NCBI GenBank assembly: GCA_040954595.2
Contig: CM082586.2
Coordinates: 4,161,125-4,225,124, forward strand
DNA: 64,000 nt
Direction: 5' to 3'
From: Balanoglossus misakiensis
Lineage: Eukaryota; Animalia; Hemichordata
Below the pieces are notes generated by a model. It was not told the origin of the DNA, made no database searches, and saw nothing but the letters and a program-made list of their open reading frames with translations. Positions 1 through 14,900 of this stretch are shown piece after piece. A program made the translations under genes and the position numbers. Each line of letters begins with the position of its first letter. Position 1 is the first letter of the stretch.

Positions 1-3000
1 CTGGATGATTTTCATGAGCTATAACCCATGCTTTTCATCGAAAAATCACCAGATTTCGAAAATTCGCAAAGTCGAAAAATTGTCATTTCTGGATGATTTT
101 CATGAGCTATAACCCATTCTTTTCATCGAAAAATCACCAGATTTCGAAAATTCGCAAAGCGAAAAATTGTCATTTCTGGATGATTTTCATGAGCTATAAC
201 CCATGCTTTTCATCGAAAAATCACCAGATTTCGAAAATTCGCAAAGTCGAAAAAATTGTCATTTCTGGATGATTTTCATGAGCTGTAACCCATGGTTTTC
301 ATCGAAAAATCACCAGATTTCTGAAAATTCGCAAAGTCGAAAAATTGTCATTTCTGGATGATTTTCATGAGCTATAACCCATGCTTTTCATCGAAAAATC
401 ACCAGATTTCGAAAATTCGCAAAGTCAAAAAATTGTCATTTCTGGATGATTTTCATGAGCTATAACCCATGTTTTCATCGAAAAATCACCAGATTTCGAA
501 AATTCGCAAAGTCGAAAAAGTTGTCATTTCTGGATGATTTTCATGAGCTATAACCCATGCTTTTCATCGAAAAATCACCAGATTTCGAAAATTCGCAAGT
601 CGAAAAATTGTTATTTCTGGATGATTTTCATGAGCTATAACCCATGCTTTTCATCGAAAAATCACCAGATTTCGAAATTCGCAAAGTCGAAAAATTGTCA
701 TTTCTGGATGATTTTCATGAGCTATAACCCATGCTTTTCATCGAAAAATCACCAGATTTCGAAAATTCGCAAAGTCGAAAAATTGTCATTTCTGGATGAT
801 TTTCATGAGCTATAACCCATGCTTTTTCATCGAAAAATCACCAGATTTCGAAAATTCGCAAAGTCGAAAAATTGTCATTTCTGGATGATTTTCATGAGCT
901 ATAACCCATGCTTTTCATCGAAAAATCACCAGATTTCGAAAATTCGCAAAGTCGAAAAATTGTCATTTCTGGATGATTTTCATGAGCTATAACCCATGCT
1001 TTTCATCGAAAAATCACCAGATTTCGAAAAATTCGCAAAGTCGAAAAATTGTCATTTCTGGATGATTTTCATGAGCTATAACCCATGCTTTTCATCGAAA
1101 AATCACCAGATTTCGAAAATTCGCAAAGTCGAAAAATTGTCATTTCTGGATGATTTTCATGAGCTATAACCCATGCTTTTCATCGAAAAATCACCAGATT
1201 TCGAAAATTCGCAAAGTCGAAAAATTGTCATTTCTGGATGATTTTCATGAGCTATAACCCATGCTTTTCATCGAAAAATCACCAGATTTCGAAAATTCGG
1301 CAAAGTCGAAAAATTGTCATTTCTGGATGATTTTCATGAGCTATAACCCATGCTTTTCATCGAAAAATCACCAGATTTCGAAAATTCGCAAAGTCGAAAA
1401 ATTGTCATTTCTGGATGATTTTCATGAGCTATAACCCATGCTTTTCATCGAAAAATCACCAGATTTCGAAAATTCGCAAAGTCGAAAAATTGTCATTTCT
1501 GGATGATTTTCATGAGCTATAACCCATGCTTTTCATCGAAAAATCACCAGATTTCGAAAATTCGCAAAGTCGAAAAATTGTCATTTCTGGATGATTTTCA
1601 TGAGCTATAACCCATGCTTTTCATCGAAAAATCACCAGATTTCGAAAATTCGCAAAGTCGAAAAATTGTCATTTCTGGATGATTTTCATGAGCTATAACC
1701 CATGCTTTTCATCGAAAAATCACCAGATTTCGAAAATTCGCAAAGTCGAAAAATTGTCATTTCTGGATGATTTTCATGAGCTATTAACCCATGCTTTTCA
1801 ACCGAAAAATCACCAGATTTCGAAAATTCGCAAAGTCGAAAAATTGTCATTTCTGGATGATTTTCATGAGCTATAACCCATGCTTTTCATCGAAAAATCA
1901 CCAGATTTCGAAAATTCGCAAAGTCGAAAAATGTCATTTCTGGATGATTTTCATGAGCTATAACCCATGCTTTTCATCGAAAAATCACCAGATTTCGAAA
2001 ATTCGCAAAGTCGAAAAATTGTCATTTCTGGATGATTTTCATGAGCTATAACCCATGCTTTTCATCGAAAAATCACCAGATTTCGAAAATTCGCAAAGTC
2101 GAAAATTGTCATTTCTGGATGATTTTCATGAGCTATAACCCATGCTTTTCATCGAAAAATCACCAGATTTCGAAAATTCGCAAAGTCGAAAAATTGTCAT
2201 TTCTGGATGATTTTCATGAGCTATAACCCATGCTTTTCATCGAAAAATCACCAGATTTCGAAAATTCGCAAAGTCGAAAAATTGTCATTTCTGGATGATT
2301 TTCATGAGCTATAACCCATGCTTTTCATCGAAAAATCACCAGATTTCGAAAATTCGCAAAGTCGAAAAATTGTCATTTCTGGATGATTTTCATGAGCTAT
2401 AACCCATGGCTTTTCATCGAAAAATCACCAGATTTCGAAAATTCGCAAAGTCGAAAAATTGTCATTTCTGGATGATTTTCATGAGCTATAACCCATGCTT
2501 TTCATCGAAAAATCACCAGATTTCGAAAATTCGCAAAGTCGAAAAATTGTCATTTCTGGATGATTTTCATGAGCTATAACCCATGCTTTTCATCGAAAAA
2601 TCACCAGATTTCGAAAATTCGCAAAGTCGAAAAATTGTCATTTCTGGATGATTTTCATGAGCTATAACCCATGCTTTTCATCGAAAAATCACCAGATTTC
2701 GAAAATTCGCAAAGTCGAAAAATTGTCATTTCTGGATGATTTTCATGAGCTATAACCCATGCTTTTCATCGAAAAATCACCAGATTTCGAAAATTCGCAA
2801 AGTCGAAAAATTGTCATTTCTGGATGATTTTCATGAGCTATAACCCATGCTTTTCATCGAAAAATCACCAGATTTCGAAAATTCGCAAAGTCGAAAAATT
2901 GTCATTTCTGGATGATTTTCATGAGCTATAACCCATGCTTTTCATCGAAAAATCACCAGATTTCGAAAATTCGCAAAGTCGAAAAATTGTCATTTCTGGA

Positions 3001-6000
3001 TGATTTTCATGAGCTATAACCCATGCTTTTCATCGAAAAATCACCAGATTTCGAAAATTCGCAAAGTCGAAAAATTGTCATTTCTGGATGATTTTCATGA
3101 GCTATAACCCATGCTTTTCATCGAAAAATCACCAGATTTCGAAAATTCGCAAAGTCGAAAAATTGTCATTTCTGGATGATTTTCATGAGCTATAACCCAT
3201 GCTTTTCATCGAAAAATCACCAGATTTCGAAAATTCGCAAAGTCGAAAAATTGTCATTTCTGGATGATTTTCATGAGCTATAACCCATGCTTTTCATCGA
3301 AAAATCACCAGATTTCGAAAATTCGCAAAGTCGAAAAATTGTCATTTCTGGATGATTTTCATGAGCTATAACCCATGCTTTTCATCGAAAAATCACCAGA
3401 TTTCGAAAATTCGCAAAGTCGAAAAATTGTCATTTCTGGATGATTTTCATGAGCTATAACCCATGCTTTTCATCGAAAAATCACCAGATTTCGAAAATTC
3501 GCAAAGTCGAAAAATTGTCATTTCTGGATGATTTTCATGAGCTATAACCCATGCTTTTCATCGAAAAATCACCAGATTTCGAAAATTCGCAAAGTCGAAA
3601 AATTGTCATTTCTGGATGATTTTCATGAGCTATAACCCATGCTTTTCATCGAAAAATCACCAGATTTCGAAAATTCGCAAAGTCGAAAAATTGTCATTTC
3701 TGGATGATTTTCATGAGCTATAACCCATGCTTTTCATCGAAAAATCACCAGATTTCGAAAATTCGCAAAGTCGAAAAAATTGTCATTTCTGGATGATTTT
3801 CATGAGCTATAACCATGCTTTTCATCGAAAAATCACCAGATTTCGAAAATTCGCAAAGTCGAAAAATTGTCATTTCTGGATGATTTTCATGAGCTATAAC
3901 CCATGCTTTTCATCGAAAAATCACCAGATTTCGAAAATTCGCAAAGTCGAAAAATTGTCATTTCTGGATGATTTTCATGAGCTATAACCCATGCTTTTCA
4001 TCGAAAAATCACCAGATTTCGAAAATTCGCAAAGTCGAAAAATTGTCATTTCTGGATGATTTTCATGAGCTATAACCCATGCTTTTCATCGAAAAATCAC
4101 CAGATTTCGAAAATTCGCAAAGTCGAAAAATTGTCATTTCTGGATGATTTTCATGAGCTATAACCCATGCTTTTCATCGAAAAATCACCAGATTTCGAAA
4201 ATTCGCAAAGTCGAAAAATTGTCATTTCTGGATGATTTTCATGAGCTATAACCCATGCTTTTCATCGAAAAATCACCAGATTTCGAAAATTCGCAAAGTC
4301 GAAAAATTGTCATTTCTGGATGATTTTCATGAGCTATAACCCATGCTTTTCATCGAAAAATCACCAGATTTCGAAAATTCGCAAAGTCGAAAAATTGTCA
4401 TTTCTGGATGATTTTCATGAGCTATAACCCATGCTTTTCATCGAAAAATCACCAGATTTCGAAAATTCGCAAAGTCGAAAAATTGTCATTTCTGGATGAT
4501 TTTCATGAGCTATAACCCATGCTTTTCATCGAAAAATCACCAGATTTCGAAAATTCGCAAAGTCGAAAAATTGTCATTTCTGGATGATTTTCATGAGCTA
4601 TAACCCATGCTTTTCATCGAAAAATCACCAGATTTCGAAAATTCGCAAAGTCGAAAAATTGTCATTTCTGGATGATTTTCATGAGCTATAACCCATGCTT
4701 TTCATCGAAAAATCACCAGATTTCGAAAATTCGCAAAGTCGAAAAATTGTCATTTTCTGGATGATTTTCATGAGCTATAACCCATGCTTTTCATCGAAAA
4801 ATCACCAGATTTCGAAAATTCGCAAAGTCGAAAAATTGTCATTTCTGGATGATTTTCATGAGCTATAACCCATGCTTTTCATCGAAAAATCACCAGATTT
4901 CGAAAATTCGCAAAGTCGAAAAATTGTCATTTCTGGATGATTTTCATGAGCTATAACCCATGCTTTTCATCGAAAAATCACCAGATTTCGAAAATTCGCA
5001 AAGTCGAAAAATTGTCATTTCTGGATGATTTTCATGAGCTATAACCCATGCTTTTCATCGAAAAATCACCAGATTTCGAAAATTCGCAAAGTCGAAAAAT
5101 TGTCATTTCTGGATGATTTTCATGAGCTATAACCCATGCTTTTCATCGAAAAATCACCAGATTTCGAAAATTCGCAAAGTCGAAAAATTGTCATTTCTGG
5201 ATGATTTTCATGAGCTATAACCCATGCTTTTCATCGAAAAATCACCAGATTTCGAAAATTCGCAAAGTCGAAAAATTGTCATTTCTGGATGATTTTCATG
5301 AGCTATAACCCATGCTTTTCATCGAAAAATCACCAGATTTCGAAAATTCGCAAAGTCGAAAAATTGTCATTTCTGGATGATTTTCATGAGCTATAACCCA
5401 TGGTTTTCATCGAAAAATCACCAGATTTCGAAAATTCGCAAAGTCGAAAAATTGTCATTTCTGGATGATTTTCATGAGCTATAACCCATGCTTTTCATCG
5501 AAAAATCACCAGATTTCGAAAATCGCAAAGTCGAAAAATTGTCATTTCTGGATGATTTTCATGAGCTATAACCCATGCTTTTCATCGAAAAATCACCAGA
5601 TTTCGAAAATTCGCAAAGTCGAAAAATTGTCATTTCTGGATGATTTTCATGAGCTATAACCCATGCTTTTCATCGAAAAATCACCAGATTTCGAAAATTC
5701 GCAAAGTCGAAAAATTGTCATTTCTGGATGATTTTCATGAGCTATAACCCATGGCTTTTCATCGAAAAATCACCAGATTTCGAAAATCGCAAAGTCGAAA
5801 AATTGTCATTTCTGGATGATTTTCATGAGCTATAACCCATGCTTTTCATCGAAAAATCACCAGATTTCGAAAATTCGCAAAGTCGAAAAATTGTCATTTC
5901 TGGATGATTTTCATGAGCTATAACCCATGGCTTTTCATCGAAAAAATCACCAGATTTCGAAAATTCGCAAAGTCGAAAAATTGTCATTTCTGGATGATTT

Positions 6001-8996
6001 TCATGAGCTATAACCCATGCTTTTCATCGAAAAATCACCAGATTTCGAAAATTCGCAAAGTCGAAAAATTGTCATTTCTGGATGATTTTCATGAGCTATA
6101 ACCCATGCTTTTCATCGAAAAATCACCAGATTTCGAAAATTCGCAAAGTCGAAAAATTGTCATTTCTGGATGATTTTCATGAGCTATAACCCATGCTTTT
6201 CATCGAAAAATCACCAGATTTCGAAAATTCGCAAAGTCGAAAAATTGTCATTTCTGGATGATTTTCATGAGCTATAACCCATGCTTTTCATCGAAAAATC
6301 ACCAGATTTCGAAAATTCGCAAAGTCGAAAAATTGTCATTTCTGGATGATTTTCATGAGCTATAACCCATGCTTTTCATCGAAAAATCACCAGATTTCGA
6401 AAATTCGCAAAGTCGAAAAATTGTCATTTCTGGATGATTTTCATGAGCTATAACCATGCTTTTCATCGAAAAATCACCAGATTTCGAAAATTCGCAAAGT
6501 CGAAAAATTGTCATTTCTGGATGATTTTCATGAGCTATAACCCATGGTTTTCATCGAAAAATCACCAGATTTCGAAAATTCGCAAAGTCGAAAAATTGTC
6601 ATTTCTGGATGATTTTCATGAGCTATAACCCATGCTTTTCATCGAAAAATCACCAGATTTCGAAAATTCGCAAAGTCGAAAAATTGTCATTTCTAGATGA
6701 TTTTCATGATATAACCCATGGTTTTCATCGAAAAATCACCAGATTTCGAAAATTCGCAAAGTCGAAAAATTGTCATTTCTGGATGATTTTCATGAGCTAT
6801 AACCCATGCTTTTCATCGAAAAATCACCAGATTTCGAAAATTCGCAAAGTCGAAAAATTGTCATTTCTGGATGATTTTCATGAGCTATAACCCATGGCTT
6901 TTCATCGAAAAATCACCAGATTTCGAAAATTCGCAAAGTCGAAAAATTGTCATTTCTGGATGATTTTTCATGAGCTATAACCCATGCTTTTCATCGAAAA
7001 ATCACCAGATTTCGAAAATTCGCAAAGTCGAAAAATTGTCATTTCTGGATGATTTTCATGAGCTATAACCCATGGCTTTTCATCGAAAAATCACCAGATT
7101 TCGAAAATTCGCAAAGTCGAAAAATTGTCATTTCTGGATGATTTTCATGAGCTATAACCCATGGCTTTTCATCGAAAAATCACCAGATTTCGAAAATTCG
7201 CAAAGTCGAAAAATTGTCATTTCTGGATGATTTTCATGAGCTATAACCCATGCTTTTCATCGAAAAATCACCAGATTTCGAAAATTCGCAAAGTCGAAAA
7301 AATTGTCATTTCTGGATGATTTTCATGAGCTATAACCCATGCTTTTCATCGAAAAATCACCAGATTTCGAAAATTCGCAAAGTCGAAAAATTGTCATTTC
7401 TGGATGATTTTCATGAGCTATAACCCATGCTTTTCATCGAAAAATCACCAGATTTCGAAAATTCGCAAAGTCGAAAAATTGTCATTTCTGGATGATTTTC
7501 ATGAGCTATAACCCATGCTTTTCATCGAAAAATCACCAGATTTCGAAAATCGCAAAGTCGAAAATTGTCATTTCTGGATGATTTTCATGAGCTATAACCC
7601 ATGCTTTTCATCGGAAAAATCACCAGATTTCGAAAATTCGCAAAGTCGAAAAATTGTCATTTCTGGATGATTTTCATGAGCTATAACCCATGCTTTTCAT
7701 CGAAAAATCACCAGATTTCGAAAATTCGCAAAGTCGAAAAATTGTCATTTCTGGATGATTTTCATGAGCTATAACCCATGCTTTTCATCGAAAAATCACC
7801 AGATTTCGAAAATTCGCAAAGTCGAAAAATTGTCATTTCTGGATGATTTTCATGAGCTATAACCCATGGTTTTCATCGAAAAATCACCAGATTTCGAAAA
7901 TTCGCAAAGTCGAAAAATTGTCATTTCTGGATGATTTTCATGAGCTATAACCCATGGCTTTTCATCGAAAAATCACCAGATTTCGAAAATTCGCAAAGTC
8001 GAAAAATTGTCATTTCTGGATGATTTTCATGAGCTATAACCCATGCTTTTCATCGAAAAATCACCAGATTTCGAAAATTCGCAAAGTCGAAAAATTGTCA
8101 TTTCTGGATGATTTCATGAGCTATAACCCATGGTTTTCATCGAAAAATCACCAGATTTCGAAAATTCGTAAAGTCGAAAAATTGTCATTTCTGGATGATT
8201 TTCATGAGCTATAACCCATGGTTTTCATCAAAAAATCACCAGATTTCGAAAATTCGCAAAGTCGAAAAATTGTCATTTCTTAATGATTTTCATGAGCTAT
8301 AACCCATGGTTTTCATCGAAAAATCACCAGATTTCGAAAATTCGCAAAGTCGAAAAATTGTCATTTCTGGATGATTTTCATGAGCTATAACCCATGGTTT
8401 TCATCGAAAAATCACCAGATTTCGAAAATTCGCAAAGTCGAAAAATTGTCATTTCTGGATGATTTTCATGAGCTATAACCCATGCTTTTCATCGAAAAAT
8501 CACCAGATTTTGAAAATTCGCAAAGTCGAAAAATTGTCATTTCTGGATGATTTTCATGAGCTATAAGCCATGGTTTTCATCGAAAAATCACCAGATTTCG
8601 AAAATTCGCAAAGTCGAAAAATTGTCATTTCTGGATGATTTTCATGAGCTATAACCCATGGTTTTCATCGAAAAATCACCAGATTTCGAAAATTCGCAAA
8701 GTCGAAAAATTGTCATTTCTGGATGATTTTCATGAGCTATAACCCATGCTTTTCATCGAAAAATCACCAGATTTCGAAAATTCGCAAAGTCGAAAAATTG
8801 TCATTTCTGGATGATTTTCATGAGCTATAACCCATGGTTTTCATCGAAAAATCACCAGATTTCGAAAATTCGCAAAGTCGAAAAATTGTCATTTCTGGAT
8901 GATTTTCATGAGCTATAACCCATGGTTTTCATCGAAAAATCACCAGATTTCGAAAATTCGCAAAGTCGAAAAATTGTCATTTCTGGATGATTTTCA
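1..8996 (+). repeat. 88-bp tandem satellite, left arm (~102 copies, continues past the window start)
   Basis: Monomer CTGGATGATTTTCATGAGCTATAACCCATG(C/G)TTTTCATCGAAAAATCACCAGATTTCGAAAATTCGCAAAGTCGAAAAATTGTCATTT recurs every 88 nt (1, 89, ...), near-identical with scattered 1-nt indels. Confidence 0.99.
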
Positions 8997-11900
8997 CGAT
9001 GAAAAGCATGGGTTATAGCTCATGAAAATCATCCAGAAATGACAATTTTTCGACTTTGCGAATTTTCGAAATCTGGTGATTTTTCGATGAAAAGCATGGG
9101 TTATAGCTCATGAAAATCATCCAGAAATGACAATTTTTCGACTTTGCGGATTTTCGAAATCTGGTGATTTTTCGATGAAAAGCATGGGTTATAGCTCATG
9201 AAAATCATCCAGAAATGACAATTTTTCGACTTTGCGAATTTCGAAATCTGGTGATTTTTCGATGAAAAGCATGGGTTATAGCTCATGAAAATCATCCAGA
9301 AATGACAATTTTTCGACTTTGCGAATTTTCGAAAATCTGGTGATTTTTCGATGAAAAGCATGGGTTATAGCTCATGAAAATCATCCAGAAATGACAATTT
9401 TTCGACTTTGCGAATTTTCGAAATCTGGTGATTTTTCGATGAAAAGCATGGGTTATAGCTCATGAAAATCATCCAGAAATGACAATTTTTCGACTTTGCG
9501 AATTTTCGAAATCTGGTGATTTTTCGATGAAAAGCATGGGTTATAGCTCATGAAAATCATCCAGAAATGACAATTTTTCGACTTTGCGAATTTTCGAAAT
9601 CTGGTGATTTTTCGATGAAAACCATGGGTTATAGCTCATGAAAATCATCCAGAAATGACAATTTTTCGACTTTGCGAATTTTCGAAATCTGGTGATTTTT
9701 CGATGAAAACCATGGGTTATAGCTCATGAAAATCATCCAGAAATGACAATTTTTCGACTTTGCGAATTTTCGAAATCTGGTGATTTTTCGATGAAAACCA
9801 TGGGTTATAGCTCATGAAAATCATCCAGAAATGACAATTTTTCGACTTTGCGAATTTTCGAAAATCTGGTGATTTTTCGATGAAAACCATGGGTTATAGC
9901 TCATGAAAATCATCCAGAAATGACAATTTTTCGACTTTGCGAATTTTCGAAATCTGGTGATTTTTCGATGAAAACCATGGGTTATAGCTCATGAAAATCA
10001 TCCAGAAATGACAATTTTTCGACTTTGCGAATTTTCGAAATCTGGTGATTTTTCGATGAAAAGCATGGGTTATAGCTCATGAAAATCATCCAGAAATGAC
10101 AATTTTTCGACTTTGTGAATTTTCGAAATCTGGTGATTTTTCGATGAAAAGCATGGGTTATAGCTCATGAAAATCATCCAGAAATGACAATTTTTCGACT
10201 TTGCGAATTTTCGAAATCTGGTGATTTTTCGATGAAAAGCATGGGTTATAGCTCATGAAAATCATCCAGAAATGACAATTTTTCGACTTTGCGAATTTTC
10301 CGAAATCTGGTGATTTTTCGATGAAAAGCATGGGTTATAGCTCATGAAAATCATCCAGAAATGACAATTTTCGACTTTGCGAATTTTCGAAATCTGGTGA
10401 TTTTTCGATGAAAACCATGGGTTATAGCTCATGAAAATCATCCAGAAATGACAATTTTTCGACTTTGCGAATTTTCGAAATCTGGTGATTTTTCGATGAA
10501 AACCATGGGTTATAGCTCATGAAAATCATCCAGAAATGACAATTTTTCGACTTTGCGAATTTTCGAAATCTGGTGATTTTTCGATGAAAACCATGGGTTA
10601 TAGCTCATGAAAATCATCCAGAAATGACAATTTTTCGACTTTGCGAATTTTCGAAATCTGGTGATTTTTCGATGAAAAGCATGGGTTATAGCTCATGAAA
10701 ATCATCCAGAAATGACAATTTTTCGACTTTGCGAATTTTCGAAATCTGGTGATTTTTCGATGAAAACCATGGGTTATAGCTCATGAAAATCATCCAGAAA
10801 TGACAATTTTTCGACTTTGCGAATTTTCGAAATCTGGTGATTTTTCGATGAAAACCATGGGTTATAGCTCATGAAAATCATCCAGAAATGACAATTTTTC
10901 GACTTTGCGAATTTTCGAAATCTGGTGATTTTTCGATGAAAACCATGGGTTATAGCTCATGAAAATCATCCAGAAATGACAATTTTTCGACTTTGCGAAT
11001 TTTCGAAATCTGGTGATTTTTCGATGAAAAGCATGGGTTATAGCTCATGAAAATCATCCAGAAATGACAATTTTTCGACTTTGCGAATTTTCGAAATCTG
11101 GTGATTTTTTCGATGAAAACCATGGGTTATAGCTCATGAAAATCATCCAGAAATGACAATTTTTCGACTTTGCGAATTTTCGAAATCTGGTGATTTTTCG
11201 ATGAAAACCATGGGTTATAGCTCATGAAAATCATCCAGAAATGACAATTTTTCGACTTTGCGAATTTTCGAAATCTGGTGATTTTTCGATGAAAACCATG
11301 GGTTATAGCTCATGAAAATCATCCAGAAATGACAATTTTTCGACTTTGCGAATTTTCGAAATCTGGTGATTTTTCGATGAAAACCATGGGTTATAGCTCA
11401 TGAAAATCATCCAGAAATGACAATTTTTCGACTTTGCGAATTTTCGAAATCTGGTGATTTTTTCGATGAAAACCATGGGTTATAGCTCATGAAAATCATC
11501 CAGAAATGACAATTTTTCGACTTTGCGAATTTTCGAAATCTGGTGATTTTTCGATGAAAAGCATGGGTTATAGCTCATGAAAATCATCCAGAAATGACAA
11601 TTTTTCGACTTTGCGAATTTTCGAAATCTGGTGATTTTTCGATGAAAACCATGGGTTATAGCTCATGAAAATCATCCAGAAATGACAATTTTTCGACTTT
11701 GCGAATTTTCGAAATCTGGTGATTTTTCGATGAAAACCATGGGTTATAGCTCATGAAAATCATCCAGAAATGACAATTTTTCGACTTTGCGAATTTTCGA
11801 AATCTGGTGATTTTTCGATGAAAACCATGGGTTATAGCTCATGAAAATCATCCAGAAATGACAATTTTCGACTTTGCGAATTTTCGAAATCTGGTGATTT

Positions 11901-14900
11901 TTCGATGAAAAGCATGGGTTATAGCTCATGAAAATCATCCAGAAATGACAATTTTTCGACTTTGCGAATTTTCGAAATCTGGTGATTTTTCGATGAAAAC
12001 CATGGGTTATAGCTCATGAAAATCATCCAGAAATGACAATTTTCGACTTTGCGAATTTTCGAAATCTGGTGATTTTTCGATGAAAACCATGGGTTATAGC
12101 TCATGAAAATCATCCAGAAATGACAATTTTTCGACTTTGCGAATTTTCGAAATCTGGTGATTTTTCGATGAAAACCATGGGTTATAGCTCATGAAAATCA
12201 TCCAGAAATGACAATTTTTCGACTTTGCGAATTTTCGAAATCTGGTGATTTTTCGATGAAAACCATGGGTTATAGCTCATGAAAATCATCCAGAAATGAC
12301 AATTTTTCGACTTTGCGAATTTTCGAAATCTGGTGATTTTTCGATGAAAACCATGGTTATAGCTCATGAAAATCATCCAGAAATGACAATTTTTCGACTT
12401 TGCGAATTTTCGAAATCTGGTGATTTTTCGATGAAAAGCATGGGTTATAGCTCATGAAAATCATCCAGAAATGACAATTTTTCGACTTTGCGAATTTTCG
12501 AAATCTGGTGATTTTTCGATGAAAACCATGGGTTATAGCTCATGAAAATCATCCAGAAATGACAATTTTTCGACTTTGCGAATTTTCGAAATCTGGTGAT
12601 TTTTCGATGAAAACCATGGGTTATAGCTCATGAAAATCATCCAGAAATGACAAATTTTTCGACTTTGCGAATTTTCGAAATCTGGTGATTTTTCGATGAA
12701 AACCCTGGGTTATAGCTCATGAAAATCATCCAGAAATGACAATTTTTCGACTTTGCGAATTTTCGAAATCTGGTGATTTTTCGATGAAAACCCTGGGTTA
12801 TAGCTCATGAAAATCATCCAGAAATGACAATTTTTCGACTTTGCGAATTTTCGAAATCTGGTGGATTTTTCGATGAAAAGCATGGGTTATAGCTCATGAA
12901 AATCATCCAGAAATGACAATTTTTCGACTTTGCGAATTTTCGAAATCTGGTGATTTTTCGATGAAAACCATGGGTTATAGCTCATGAAAATCATCCAGAA
13001 ATGACAATTTTTCGACTTTGCGAATTTTCGAAATCTGGTGATTTTTCGATGAAAAGCATGGGTTATAGCTCATGAAAATCATCCAGAAATGACAATTTTT
13101 CGACTTTGCGAATTTTCGAAATCTGGTGATTTTTCGATGAAAACCATGGGTTATAGCTCATGAAAATCATCCAGAAATGACAATTTTTCGACTTTGCGAA
13201 TTTTCGAAATCTGGTGATTTTTCGATGAAAAGCATGGGTTATAGCTCATGAAAATCATCCAGAAATGACAATTTTTCGACTTTGCGAATTTTCGAAATCT
13301 GGTGATTTTTCGATGAAAAGCATGGGTTATAGCTCATGAAAATCATCCAGAAATGACAATTTTTCGACTTTGCGAATTTTCGAAATCTGGTGATTTTTCG
13401 ATGAAAACCATGGGTTATAGCTCATGAAAATCATCCAGAAATGACAATTTTTCGACTTTGCGAATTTTCGAAATCTGGTGATTTTTCGATGAAAACCATG
13501 GGTTATAGCTCATGAAAATCATCCAGAAATGACAATTTTTCGACTTTGCGAATTTTCGAAATCTGGTGATTTTTCGATGAAAACCATGGGTTATAGCTCA
13601 TGAAAATCATCCAGAAATGACAATTTTTCGACTTTGCGAATTTTCGAAATCTGGTGATTTTTCGATGAAAACCATGGGTTATAGCTCATGAAAATCATCC
13701 AGAAATGACAATTTTTCGACTTTGCGAATTTTCGAAATCTGGTGATTTTTCGATGAAAACCATGGGTTATAGCTCATGAAAATCATCCAGAAATGACAAT
13801 TTTTCGACTTTGCGAATTTTCGAAATCTGGTGATTTTTTGATGAAAAGCATGGGTTATAGCTCATGAAAATCATCCAGAAATGACAATTTTTCGACTTTG
13901 CGAATTTTCGAAATCTGGTGATTTTTCGATGAAAAGCATGGGTTATAGCTCATGAAAATCATCCAGAAATGACAATTTTTCGACTTTGCGAATTTTCGAA
14001 ATCTGGTGATTTTTCGATGAAAAGCATGGGTTATAGCTCATGAAAATCATCCAGAAATGACAATTTTTCGACTTTGCGAATTTTCGAAATCTGGTGATTT
14101 TTCGATGAAAACCATGGGTTATAGCTCATGAAAATCATCCAGAAATGACAATTTTTCGACTTTGCGAATTTTCGAAATCTGGTGATTTTTTGATGAAAAC
14201 CATGGGTTATAGCTCATGAAAATCATCCAGAAATGACAATTTTTCGACTTTGCGAATTTTCGAAATCTGGTGATTTTTCGATGAAAACCATGGGTTATAG
14301 CTCATGAAAATCATCCAGAAATGACAATTTTTCGACTTTGCGAATTTTCGAAATCTGGTGATTTTTCGATGAAAACCATGGGTTATAGCTCATGAAAATC
14401 ATCCAGAAATGACAATTTTCGACTTTGCGAATTTTCGAAATCTGGTGATTTTTCGATGAAAACCATGGGTTATAGCTCATGAAAATCATCCAGAAATGAC
14501 AATTTTTCGACTTTGCGAATTTTCGAAATCTGGTGATTTTTCGATGAAAACCATGGCTTATAGCTCATGAAAATCATCCAGAAATGACAATTTTTCGACT
14601 TTGCGAATTTTCGAAATCTGGTGATTTTTCGATGAAAACCATGGGTTATAGCTCATGAAAATCATCCAGAAATGACAATTTTTCGACTTTGCGAATTTTC
14701 GAAATCTGGTGATTTTTCGATGAAAACCATGGGTTATAGCTCATGAAAATCATCCAGAAATGACAATTTTTCGACTTTGCGAATTTTCGAAATCTGGTGA
14801 TTTTTCGATGAAAACCATGGGTTATAGCTCATGAAAATCATCCAGAAATGACAATTTTTCGACTTTGCGAATTTTCGAAATCTGGTGATTTTTCGATGAA

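Noticed and set aside
54-72. CENP-B box or heat-shock element in the monomer (TTTCGAAAATTCGCAAAG)
   Set aside because: It lacks the CGGG half of the CENP-B box and has only two correctly spaced nGAAn units.
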